Source of the DNA: Botryllus schlosseri
Taxonomy: Eukaryota
Length of the DNA: 64,000 nt
NCBI GenBank assembly: GCA_051294905.1
Contig: CM119385.1
Location: forward strand, 16,058,001-16,122,000
Direction of reading: 5' to 3'
Shown here in pieces: positions 25,501 through 37,500 of the stretch; the stretch's first letter is position 1, and the number at the start of each line of letters is the position of its first letter. The notes below the pieces were generated by a model. The model saw only the letters and a program-made list of their open reading frames with translations. It was not told the origin of the DNA and did not search any database. The translations under genes and the position numbers were made by a program.

Positions 25501-28500
25501 CAGAAACGAAGCAGATAGTAAGCGGACTTTTGTGTAAATACCCGTCTCGGTATATAGTCATCTGGTGGTGCCAACACAAAACTCTGTCGAGCTTGACTAG
25601 ATCAGGGGTGGCCAACCTGCGGCCGGCCGCCGACACGTAATTCAATTAGTATGTGTTCGCGGCAGTCGACATGCAAATTGAATTTACGAATTAACTCCGG
25701 AAATTTTTGAGAGATTTTCATTAATCTTAAAATTTTCTTCGCGCCGTCCGCGATTCAATTCTACTTCATTTTTTGATTTTAATTAGTAGCGCCCTTCGCT
25801 ATCTGAGCCCCACTGTATAGATGCGAACAGCAGTGGAAATGATGCGCCCCATTTAGATATACCAACTCGGAATCGTGTGCTCCTCACGAAATATAATATG
25901 TATCCGGGCCGTTTGGCCGATTCCAATATATTTCCACTATACCGACAATCCTGATGGGAGGTCAAGAAATAACAGCATGCAACTAAGTGACTAATAACAA
26001 TTGTATCTCCCAAGGATGCATTATCATTTATGACCTGCTCTAAATTTACAAAGACACCCCCTCCATCTACTTTACTGGTGAATCTGACCACGTGGGCTAA
26101 GAAAGGATGAATGTTTGAAAGTATATATGAAACTACTAATATCATAAATTCATCTTTGAATCTAAAACAATTTAATGCTTTGCGCGATAATAACCGTTCC
26201 CATTACATGATGGTGCGTACAGTAAGCCGATATGAATAAGTAGATTAGTCGGGAGTTCACCGGAAAGTTACATGGACAGTTTAACATGGGTATTTGGCGT
26301 CCAGCTAGTTCATTACGATTATGTCCTGGATTGCGGCTGTAGGCTACATGATCAATTGTGAATAGTAAAAAGGTTGGCCACACCTGGACTAGATACTATT
26401 CTGATTATATACAATTAAATAATATATTCATCTTCCCAATAAACCCAGATATATTCGGCTGACACTCGTCAGGGGTAGTCGTCAGCATCTAGTAGAGGAT
26501 TTTGAATGTATAGAAAGTAACACATTCTCTCTATTCTAGTCGGGCTGGGAGGCTAACACGACGACAGACATCAAGTCTGCGATTTTGGTATTGAGAAAAA
26601 AGTCTTTGCCCAGCGGAAAGAGTTTCATTTTGAGGCTTAACATTAGTATGGACGGGTTAGACGGCCGGGTGCACAGCTTTTCCGACTTTTCGTTCAACAC
26701 CAACATTCCACCGGAAAACGGGATATGCTCGACGCTACCGGCGGAAAGTACGGTCGTAGCTGATGTTTCGATTCATGCACTTTCCCCTGTTATTTTCGTC
26801 ATAATTGTTTCAGAGAGCTGTCAGAAGTTCAGGATGTTCCCGCAAATGAAACCTCAGGGCGTGGAGCCGCAGAAAAATTACTTGGGCATCACGGAGAGCG
26901 AATGCTCCCGGAAATGCTGCCTCACGAGGTCGGTACAGAGAGGTTGAAGGCATTACCGGGAGCTTTTGTGTTAATTATGACCGGACAAACTTGACAGTGG
27001 ACTCAATTTTAGTTCAAAGATTTATAGCTCATTTATATTTGAAGTTTTATGAAATTACGATAGAATACCCGGCAGCATTTTGGGACTGGATGATAGTAAT
27101 TTTATCCGTGTGAACGCAATTTAAGTGTGCCTTATCGCTTCCCTGTGTTTGGTCGAATATCTACTTAGCTTATTTCATGTCGCCAAATATTTTTTCTCAT
27201 GCCCAGGATGCGACATAAATTTGCTTTTCCCACCGTCCATCTTCATAATCACCTTATCTCACCTGGTTGATCAAAGCTGTCAGTGAAACTGCACTGAAGC
27301 CGCTACAAAAACTGCAACATCAGGCCCCAGAGGGACCAGGATGTGTGTCCGACAAACCTCTGCTCAAAAGATTTGGTGTCTTAAACATAAAAGATATGCG
27401 GAAACTAGAAATTGCAAAGTTTATGTATCAGTTCCACTGCCACTGCCCCGAAAATTTCAATGACTTCTTTACTTCGGTGTCAAAAGTGCATAAGTACGAA
27501 ACACGCGCATTCACGTCGTCCAACTATCCATCAAATATGCCGGACCTGAAGTGTGGAACAGTATCTCGCCGGCTATCCGACAGTCGTCGAGCATGTCCAC
27601 ATTCAAGTCGAAAAACAAGCAATTTCTACTGTATGAATACTAGTCAGCCCTCACCATTTACCGGACCACGACCTGACATATCGATCTCGCCTGCCGTCAC
27701 TTGCCACCTGATTTTCTCGCTTGCCATTTTATATTATCTTATTTTACTTTCGTTCAGTGTGCATGCTGCCTCTTAACATCGCCTAGGCCCAGGTGATGTC
27801 TGATCTCAAAGACTACTCGCAGTCGTTTCGGCATCTTCCTATCATTCACTGTATTGCAGTCTTGTGATGTTTTGAAGTGATGAAATTTTATGAATAAACT
27901 TGAACTGGAACTTGCTTCCTCTTCATCCCTGAAACTACTTTCAGGGAATTCCTGTGTCTGTCGTTCACATATAACGCCCGGAAGTCGAACTGCAGTCTGT
28001 TTTCGGAAGACCGAAAAACCTTGGAGCCGGACATGTATTACGATTACTTCGAAGATTTCCATGAAAGAATTTTCTATGTCGGCGGCGCTGTTGTTGACGA
28101 GGTGCTGTAGTAAACCGGACATTAGGGCTCTTCAAAAACAATTTTTTTCTTCAAATTTTGCGACGATTTCATAAACGAATGTTAGGTTGGCTAGAAAACG
28201 TTGCACAACAAATTTGACTCAATGGTCCAACTTGCAGATGTGAATTTGAAACAAAAAATTTCAAATTTTACTGTCAACGCCAAGAAATTGTTGAGTTGTC
28301 TAAAATAATGATGTATAACGATTTTTACTCACTTCCAACCAATACAAGAGAAGTTGATGCAGTTGAAAATTTTGGATTTGCAAAAATAGCATTGATGACG
28401 GGTAATCCCAGAATTATTAATGAAAAATTCAAAAAATTTTGCCTCTACGGGTTGAAATCGCTTCCAATGTGTTTTGAATAGAAGCCTTCTGTCAGGTTCC

Positions 28501-31500
28501 AGTTGACAAGCTAACCTATTTGCGTAAATTTGAGAAATGCTGGATTCCACATATGTATTTTCATACCTTATTCCAGATATTCTTTGAATGCCGAAATTGG
28601 CGCGATGAAGGTGAAGCATTGACTGCGGACGATGACAAAAGTCATAAACCGACTCGACTTACGTATAAATATACAGCGCTGCCTTACGGAAACCATACCG
28701 AATCATTGCTTTTGTACTTTGGTACTGTTACCAAGACACCGGGTTAGTAAATATTATTTGATTGCAATGAATGTCTTTTCCCTCATCAAATTTTGACTCT
28801 CAACTCATATTTTGGTACTGCTAATGCGTAATAAATGTAGTCACCAAGTTATGTTCTGGTTACTTTCAGTTGGTTTGAAAATATACATTGTACATATCCA
28901 AAAAAAAATAGAATAATTTCCTTCAACAGGCATTACCATGACTTTGGGCGATCCAGATGACGATTACGTTGTCTTTGTTGTTGTACAAATCTGCGATATG
29001 TACGGTGAATGCGCGACATCAAACACAATTACGATACAGGTGCAGTATTATTTGCATGTAGATTCGTTGATTTGCGAGGACGGTTCGAGACGGTCACGAT
29101 AGGCAGTTCATATGGATTGCTGCATATCGTTCGAGTGCCAAAAACAAGCAGTCTAACGACAATTTCGGGATTAATCCTAGCCTCAAAATCATTTAGGTCG
29201 TTCCCCCAGACACGGCAAACGTCGGCGACACGCTAAGCACGCTCACCAGCGGCGAAGGCAGTAAATTGGGCATTTTTTCTACAACCGGAAATAGCAAGGC
29301 CGCCGCCCAGCTGGTGCAGTCCATCGGTAAGCAGTCGCGCAAAAGCTCGGTCTCTGAATATCGATATCCGTTTTGTTTGTAGCTTCTATAATCAATATGA
29401 ACGAGGAGGAAGAGAATATGACGTTAGGCGGTAATGCGACCGCCGACGGGATGACGACTGTTGCGGTATTGGTGACCACGGCGTCTCCGATGGAGGAATA
29501 CTTCTTCACGAACAGCTATCATGAGATGAATGGGACAGAGAATAAGACCGGTGTCGTGAATAAGGATTTGAAGAAAGACGTGAGATATCTGATGCGTTTC
29601 ATAGGTTCAAAACGAGATTTGGCACGGGAGCCATGTCAAATAAAGATTCGATTTTGAAAAAATGTCAATGGATGTGCCAATAAGGGTTAAGGGGTCGGAT
29701 ACCGTCGCAGTAAATCTGATGTAGCTACTTCCAAAATTGAAAGGCGTGTAACAAAATGACCAATGACACTAGAAATAGACACAATCTTTGAAAATAGATT
29801 TATTTACCCAGATACAGGGGCTGTTTCAAGTAATAGATATGACAATTTCACTCATAAATGATGTAACATAATCTCAAAACCCCACTTTTCAAAGGCCAAG
29901 TACTTAGTTTTGCCTAAAACTCAACTACTTGAGTAAGTAATTCAAGCAGGCAAATCCTACTTGAGTATTATGACAAAGTAGAAGTACTTCGTTACTGACC
30001 TCTTACCATGGTATTTGCGGCAAATGACTAATTGAGTTGGCAACCTGTTGGTATGGGACTGCCTAGTTTAACAGTTTCCAATATTTTTAATCTTTGATTT
30101 ATAGATTGTCTAGTAGCCAATGTGTGATAATCGATGTTAATAGTTTTTCGCCTACATTGTAACTGCAGCCATCATGAGTCGTGTGTTGCTTTTAATGATT
30201 CGAGTAGTGTGAACCAATTTTATCCAGTACCGAATATGGGCGAATTTGGCGCAGCCCTATTCACTTCCGTTCTCATGCAGTTGAGGAAGAACGTCGTCAA
30301 GGCATTGTCCGCGGCTTCCGGCGGTATGACGTCTATCGACAATCTGAAACAAATGACCAGCGCCATGAATTCGATCACTCAAAAACCTGACGAAATCACC
30401 GTCGATTCACAGGTATTTAGCATGTTTTTTTCAATCAATGTTCCGATTTGGCTGTCACCGACTATCGAGATTATATCGGTGAATAACGGAAATTTTCAGT
30501 TGGACGCTTCTGAAACGGTGTTGCGGATGGCGAATTCTCTTTCCGATTTCTCGGGTGAAGCCAATAAGGAAGATGTGGCAGGCGCAGCCTCAAATATCAT
30601 TGGATCGCTCGGAAGTGTGGCAAAGGTACCAGTGTTTTTCTATCAATTCGGAACATTGCGGAATCTGCTCGTTAGCTGGAATTTAATTCCAGTTTTTTTC
30701 TTGTCAGTACTGGTGAAAAAATTGTCTCCGAATCCATTGTTTAATCTATCGCCATAGTGCCGCCAGATTGTTTCTAAAAAGCATATCCAATTGTGTTCGG
30801 AATCAATTCCACTAATTGGTTAACACTAACTAATTGTGGAGATAGAGTAATAGAATTCAGCCAAAGTCACCGACGCAAATAGATTCAGGTAAATTCGAAA
30901 AACGGACTTTGTACCAAGACAAGACTAGCTGACCTATCAACTCATAGCCACATCAGAAGTAGTTTTACCACATAAAGACGATCTTTTTCCAAACTTTCCC
31001 TTACCCTTCACTCGTCAACCGCGGACAATCGTTGCAGTCGTCGGAGACGGACATGACCGATTTGAAAGATCAAATGCTGCAACCAAAGGAAATCAACTTT
31101 GCCACGCTGGACGTCGTGGACCAGTCCCCGGACGAATTCGAGTACTACAACAAGATCAAGTTGAGGAGAGAGAAAAAGAGAGTGCGCCGCAGCGCTTTGG
31201 ACGTATGATAGACCCGTAAATTGTGTTGTTGGTTTTTGACGTTATTTGATGCCCGGGCGGCGTCTAGTCGAAGGTTATTTTCGGAAGTCATTCAATGAAA
31301 ATCAAGTCAGTCAAATGAATCGTACAGTTTTTCAGTTGAATCGTGTCCTTTAGAAGTTGGCTAATTTCCCGGGCTACTGATGTGGTAAATCCCAGATTTT
31401 TGTTCTCTGTAATTTGTTTTTGTAAGTACCCTAGCACCTGGACGTTTTTTTCTACGTGTGACATGACTCGCCACTGAAGATTTAAAATTTTTTTCTTTCA

Positions 31501-34500
31501 AGTCCCAAGTGGTGATGGGGTCGGCGCTGAACGCAATTGACGGCACGGCAAGCTCCCTTCTCGACAAGCAAATGTCTGGCGAGCCGGCCGAGACTCTGAG
31601 CGGCGAGAGAATGGAAATGATGGTAACTTTGCGGCGTTTCGGCACCAAACGTTTTTGTTTATCTCAACGCGATTTTGGTCCAGGTGCAAAAGACCGATCG
31701 TAATCGTGCCGGTAACAAGAAATTGACCACGGGAAAAGGTACTAGCATCAAATTGCCTGGTGTTGAAAGTATGCTCGGTGGAAATTCAACTAATATCACG
31801 GATTCCGTCGACTTGCAGGTAAGATCTGGCGTGGTTTTGATTTCTCTGTCTTTGTAATACCTTTGCGTATGCGTTATTAGGTGCCATTTGTGAGTCTGGA
31901 TACTTGTCATTAGCCATTCCTCAATGATTTCAATCAAGATGTATGGGTCTGTACGTCAGGGTTGTAACCAAGTCACAAAGCTCCGAGTCACAAGTCAATC
32001 TCACTTTTATGATTTTGACTCGAGTCAAGTCGAGTCATTTTCAATTCACCACCGAGTCAGGTCCGAGTCCAAGTCAGCGAGCAGAGGGTCGAGTCCCAGT
32101 CAGGGTATAATGACTCGAGTCCGAGTCCAAGTCATTGTGTTGACTGCTCAGTTTCCAGTTACAGTCTTGTTAAACCCACTTTTTATAACTCTATTTGGTG
32201 ATATTGAATGGTTCGCATGTATAATATACCATTTTCCTCACTTTTGGCAGTATCTGGTCGCATTTTCAAGTACCTGTACCAATAGACGAAATCCCAATAG
32301 TGTGGTTACTTAACTATTCTTCGAAATTACAATGAAATGTCGATCTTGGCCGTCTGAGTCTCGAGTCATATGACTTGGTTCGAGTCATGCGCAATGACTC
32401 GAGTCCAAGTCGAGTCAATACACAAATTGACTCGAGTTGAGTCATTTCCGTATTTTGAGAAAATGACTCGAGTCAAGTCGAGTCGTCGGAAAATCGTGAC
32501 TCGAGTCATTACAACCCTGCTGTACGTCGTCTACGTGTGAGATTTTTGCGCACAGTTTTGATATGTTATTTCATTTAATAATATTAAATCACTTCAAAGC
32601 ACTGGATAATCGCGTTACCTATGACAAGTGGAAACGATTTGATGAAATCCATTGCTTTAGGGCCTGATGACGCCCACAGCTTGTTGACCGATGAAATCGT
32701 CCTTGTAGCCTATGATGGTAGCTGTATTGTGGTTACGTTAATTTTGTGAATTGCTGGGACTATCGCCAAATTGGAACCAATTCTATTTGAATGAGAATGA
32801 TAGTGCCGAATTAATGATTCGATCTCAATCGGATTTTGAATTTCATTGGTCATTTTATATACCGCAACAATTGATTTAAATATATAATCAACAGAATGAA
32901 TAATTCATTTGTTTCAGTCAGTTCCGAATATGCTGTATTCACCGGTCATGTTACTGGAAACCAGATTCTAGTGAATCCACATTTTGTGTAACCGCTCGAG
33001 GATTGCGTTTGCGTTCTTTGCAGGTCATGTCTTTCGACGACAACCCGCTCGGCTTCTCGGAGGACGCAGCTCTCATCAATTCCCCGGTCACGATGCTCAA
33101 AATAGGCGGGACAGGCAACTCGGGCAATGACACGGAAACCGCCGAAGGTAGATCACACGGAGATAGTTTTTCGACCCGCGTGATGCGATCGCTATCTTTG
33201 CCGGGCTGAATTCTTAAGATTTTGCCGGCTTGCACAAATGGTTATGTTTTCAGACTTACTTCTATTTCTACTTGAAGAGTTTTTGAAAAGTACAAAGTAA
33301 TTTTCTGTTGAGTTTGTATCATTTTACGAGTGAAACTGCTTGAAAAAGCAACTGTATCACAGTAAGTGAATATGTTTTGTTGATTACACGTATTGGTAGC
33401 GTGATTAGTAGGGCCATTTAAAGTCAATAAAGTCATATTTTTCTATGCATCAGTAAGTCGCGAAATCAATTTTAACGCAAAAACCGCACCCCTATGAGGT
33501 ATATGACAAAAGTTATAAAGTCATATTTTATTGGTTATGTCGTAAATCAGCTTTTCAATTTACATAGTCATATTTTTGAGTTATAAAGTCATATCGTTGT
33601 ATACTTTTAACAAAAAATACCAATTTGAGCGGTGAAGCAATTAAGCACTAAGAAAGCAAGGCAGCTACTCGTTGGGGTAGCTGGTTAAATGTTGCTCAAT
33701 ATGATGCCAAAAGACCTCCACAAGTTGAAGAAATACTCAATGCATAGGAAGGTGGAGGAGTTATTGTAATGAGCGTCAAAAATTCAGTCAACGATCCAGA
33801 GTTGACTAGTCAGGCAACAGAAATATGCCTCCCCTATAACAATATTTCAAACTTATACTCAAAATGGAAAACTGTACGTACACCATCAAAGCGGACCATG
33901 CTGATCTAAATGACCTTGTTTCGGAAAAGATCCGTTTGAGCTCAGAAATTACATTAAGAAGCGATTGGACAAAAAGATGTGAAACAAATTATGGAGCTAC
34001 AAAGACAATACATTTCACCAGTCTTGTTTTTCAAAATGTCTCTAGGGGTCGGGATATCAATTCCGAACACCAAATTCAATCCTGAAGAGGACATGATAAC
34101 GGTCGAGAGACACGTGAATGATACCGGGCTGTCGATTAGCAAGTTCGAAATGGTCTCGCTCAACAATGCCATTCTGATACTTGTCGAGCCGGAAGACGAC
34201 AGGTTAGTTGTTGGTTATATCTTCAACGCTGGCTCGCAATGCAGCTACTAGAGAGCGGTGATTGTAAATATTGTTGTGAAACAAATATTTTTACGCGAGA
34301 TTTATCCTTTTTCTTAGTGGTCACATGAAATCATCTGCTTTCCCGTGTTGTATGAAACCGATAATTGTAATCGGCGGTTCTATTATTTCCAACTGCTCTG
34401 GATAACGAACGATGCGACAGACAGGACACAATATGATGTCCGATATTCAATTATGATACAACGATGCGAACGGCGTCTTACAGTTCATTTTTTTCTTCAT

Positions 34501-37500
34501 TTTTATCAGTTGAATGATAACTTACCTGTAATACTATTAGTTATAATAGGAACGAACATGACACTGCCAATGCGAAGTTCTCTCTGTTGCCATATCGAGC
34601 CATATCGAACGATAGAATTTGTGATGCTATTATCTTTTATTTTGGATCATGGCAATTGCTTTTCCGACCAACGTAGACAAGTTTGAAGTTTTGACATTTC
34701 AGTAGAAACGTGTCCAGCATGAAATCAACGCACCAGCACTGTTGCTTACCAAAACACTCAGCTACAGATCAAATACGACACTATGAATATTCTGCTTGAT
34801 TAGAAGTAGTTATCCAAATATTTCTGATAGATCGAAGCTCTTTTTCAATTCATGTACTGACTCGCCTTAAACCTCGTCACTATTTCCAGTAGAAACACTA
34901 CGGTAAACAGTTTATTCATGCCGCAGGAGCAAATTCGACGTCTACATGAAATTCAACATGAAGCCGACCCCGGAAAGCTTCGATTTCAAATTCTCGCTGC
35001 CGCACGACATATGGGACGTCACAATGACCGAGGATCTCTTCAAAATCTTCATACCAGAGAAAGACGTCAAATCGACAGGAATGGTTTTCATCGGAATTCG
35101 CGACAAACGTAAGTAAGACTCTCTGTGCCAGACCAGAGTCGGTCAGAGTAGTAGCCTTGGTACCGATGTAGAAGTAGAATAATGTCTTCCCAATTACACA
35201 TACAAGCATATGCTCTGAACTCAGGTATGCTAAGTACGCCTGTACAAATTTAGTGAACGTGACGGCCACCGGCAGCGAGCACAGAGCCCGAGTACGGAGA
35301 CGTAGGTCGCTCGGCTCCGAGAACTCAACGACGTATCACATGCTGATATCGACGCCGGGATGTCGCAGATTTGACTCGGGCACGAAAAAATGGACCGGGG
35401 ACGGATGCCTGGTATGGTAGCGATCTTTATTTGTCGGTGTGTGCGTTTTCAAAATGTTGCCGATACTGTTCAAGTAGCGGCTTCCAATGTGGAGCGGAAC
35501 TATTGGATGTGAAGGTAGCATTTCCAAACGTTCTTTTGAGCAGCGCAGAAAGGTCAAGGTCATAGTTTTTTAATTTGCTGTGGCTGGTGTGAAAATAATG
35601 CCGCCGATCGTCGCCGCTGGTCATTACATCAGAATTGAAAAAGTGACGAGTAAATGTGTGTGCAATCGGGAACAGAATAGAGTCGTGAGCCATAGCTGCA
35701 ATTTTATTCTTATTGAGAATCCTACGGCACCTGAAACGTTCTACCATTACACAGCAATGCGTTTTCGCGACTGTAACAATTCAAATTTTAACTCCGCCCA
35801 ACACAGGTCAGCGAGCACAGCACGCCCGAGACCACCGAATGCGTGTGCAACAAGCTGTCGCCCACTTCGATATTCAGCGCCGAGTTTTTCGTGCCGCCGA
35901 ACACCATCAACTTTGCGACCGTGTTCGCCAAGATCAACATCGCCGACAACCCGGCCGTGTTTTCCACTGTGGTGTCGCTTTTGATTTTGTACATCTTGTT
36001 GACCGTGTGGGCTCGTAGGATGGACAAAACAGATAAGATTAAGGTGAGACATCTCGAGCGATTTTTGTGTACTTAAGATTTAGGCCATGCAGAGGTAGAC
36101 AAACTAGCCATAGTAGCTACTCAGCCAGAAGTAGAGGCGATAATTTCACAGACATTGTTTAAAGCTAATTCGATGGGAAGTGGAAAACGAAGATATCAAA
36201 AGTCTTCGACTAAGTGGCTTAGCTTAAAAATGTAGATATGTAAGAGAGTTGAATACTTATAGCAGTTAAATGTAGATGACCGAGTTTGAAATTGCGTAAT
36301 TCGTCTTCTCGACTAATTTAAAATGATTGATTACAACACAAATAGGTGCAATATTCAAAAGCACAGTCAGTTACTGGGATACGGGGCTATTTTCATGTTG
36401 GCATGATAATGTCACTCGTAAACACTGTGCAAAGATATCCCAAAACTAGTTTGTTCAGAAAATCCAAAGTGTAAATATTAAGTATTACTGCTTAAATAAA
36501 CGATATGCAGGAGTGAAAGTAGTCTACAACCTTAACCGTTTGAGTAGGTGGGGAAAGTGGGCAATACCTAGTTAAGTACTTCTAAAAAAGTAGAAGTACT
36601 TTGTTGCTGACCACCTCTGGGGTCAAGATTGGTGCGTATGTGAGAAAGAATGCAGCGAGCTTTCTTTCTGGCACTGTACCGGTCATATTTTGTAACTCTC
36701 CCCCATTTGTGACGCTGAGATCAGCAAAATGTGTCGCCTCATTTGTTCAGTGGGAACTGAAGTCGGTCGCCGACAATCGCAAAGAAGACCGGTACCTCTA
36801 CCAAGTCTCGGTTTTCACGGGCTACGGAAAGTGCGCCGGGACGCAGTCGAACGTGTTTTGCGTTTTATTTGGCGAAAACGGCAAGACCAGCCCCAGGCAA
36901 TTGCGGACGCGGGAAGTCAAGGTGAAGAAATTTACGTCGTATTACTGTACAGGAATGTCATTTCTATGAACAAGGGTAGCTTTCTGCTGTATATGGTGAA
37001 TGACGTGCTGCCTCGCTACCTTTCAAGGCTCCGGCAGTGGCAAGACAGAATTACAATGACAATTTCTGTTCATAATATAAGAAGGAGTCACAAATTACGT
37101 CACACCAACACAGTGAATCTATACACACAATCCTAGTTGCCCGATTTTTCAGCGCTATTGTGGATTGTTATTTTTCCATGGCAGACCCCGTTCGGCCGCA
37201 GCAGCGTCAATCATTTCTTGGTGCGAGTGGACAAGGCCCTTGGCGCGATGACTCATGTGCACGTATGGCACGATAACACGGGCAAAGGGGATAATCGCGG
37301 ATGGTATCTGGATCAAGTAGCGGTGCAAGACGTTCAGACAGGAGAGAGGTGTGTTATGAATAAATCTACGTGTAAAATGCGAAATGCGCTCCTTTATTCC
37401 TTAGTATGCCGTTGAAATTAGCGAATTTAATATATTAAAATCGTAATCTGTTTATGGATATGAGTTTCAAATCAAGTCCTATTCTGGCTATGACTTAAAT

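Larger units (their letters stand above)
19446..29039 (+). other. REJ module (interrupted by a second PAN domain)
   Basis: 'ILIPPLKLDLGRY', 'VIKGGNMRTVG...FDASSLSHDPD...FMWFC', 'CNENCKRKMNPTQALALNAICVNC...YKW', 'PPENGICSTLP', 'IFFECRNWRDE', 'VQICDMYGEC'. Confidence 0.88.

Noticed and set aside
2657-27360. Apparent identical 5' boundary of the two LINE copies (suggesting a fixed-length SINE-like derivative)
   Set aside because: The second copy continues upstream with further ORF2-like residues (ETALKPLQKLQ), so the boundaries differ.
33415-33600. Four to five copies of (T)AAAGTCATA(T) as a regulatory array
   Set aside because: Irregularly spaced in AT-rich intron sequence; most likely the subterminal repeats of a decayed transposon whose ends I could not find.
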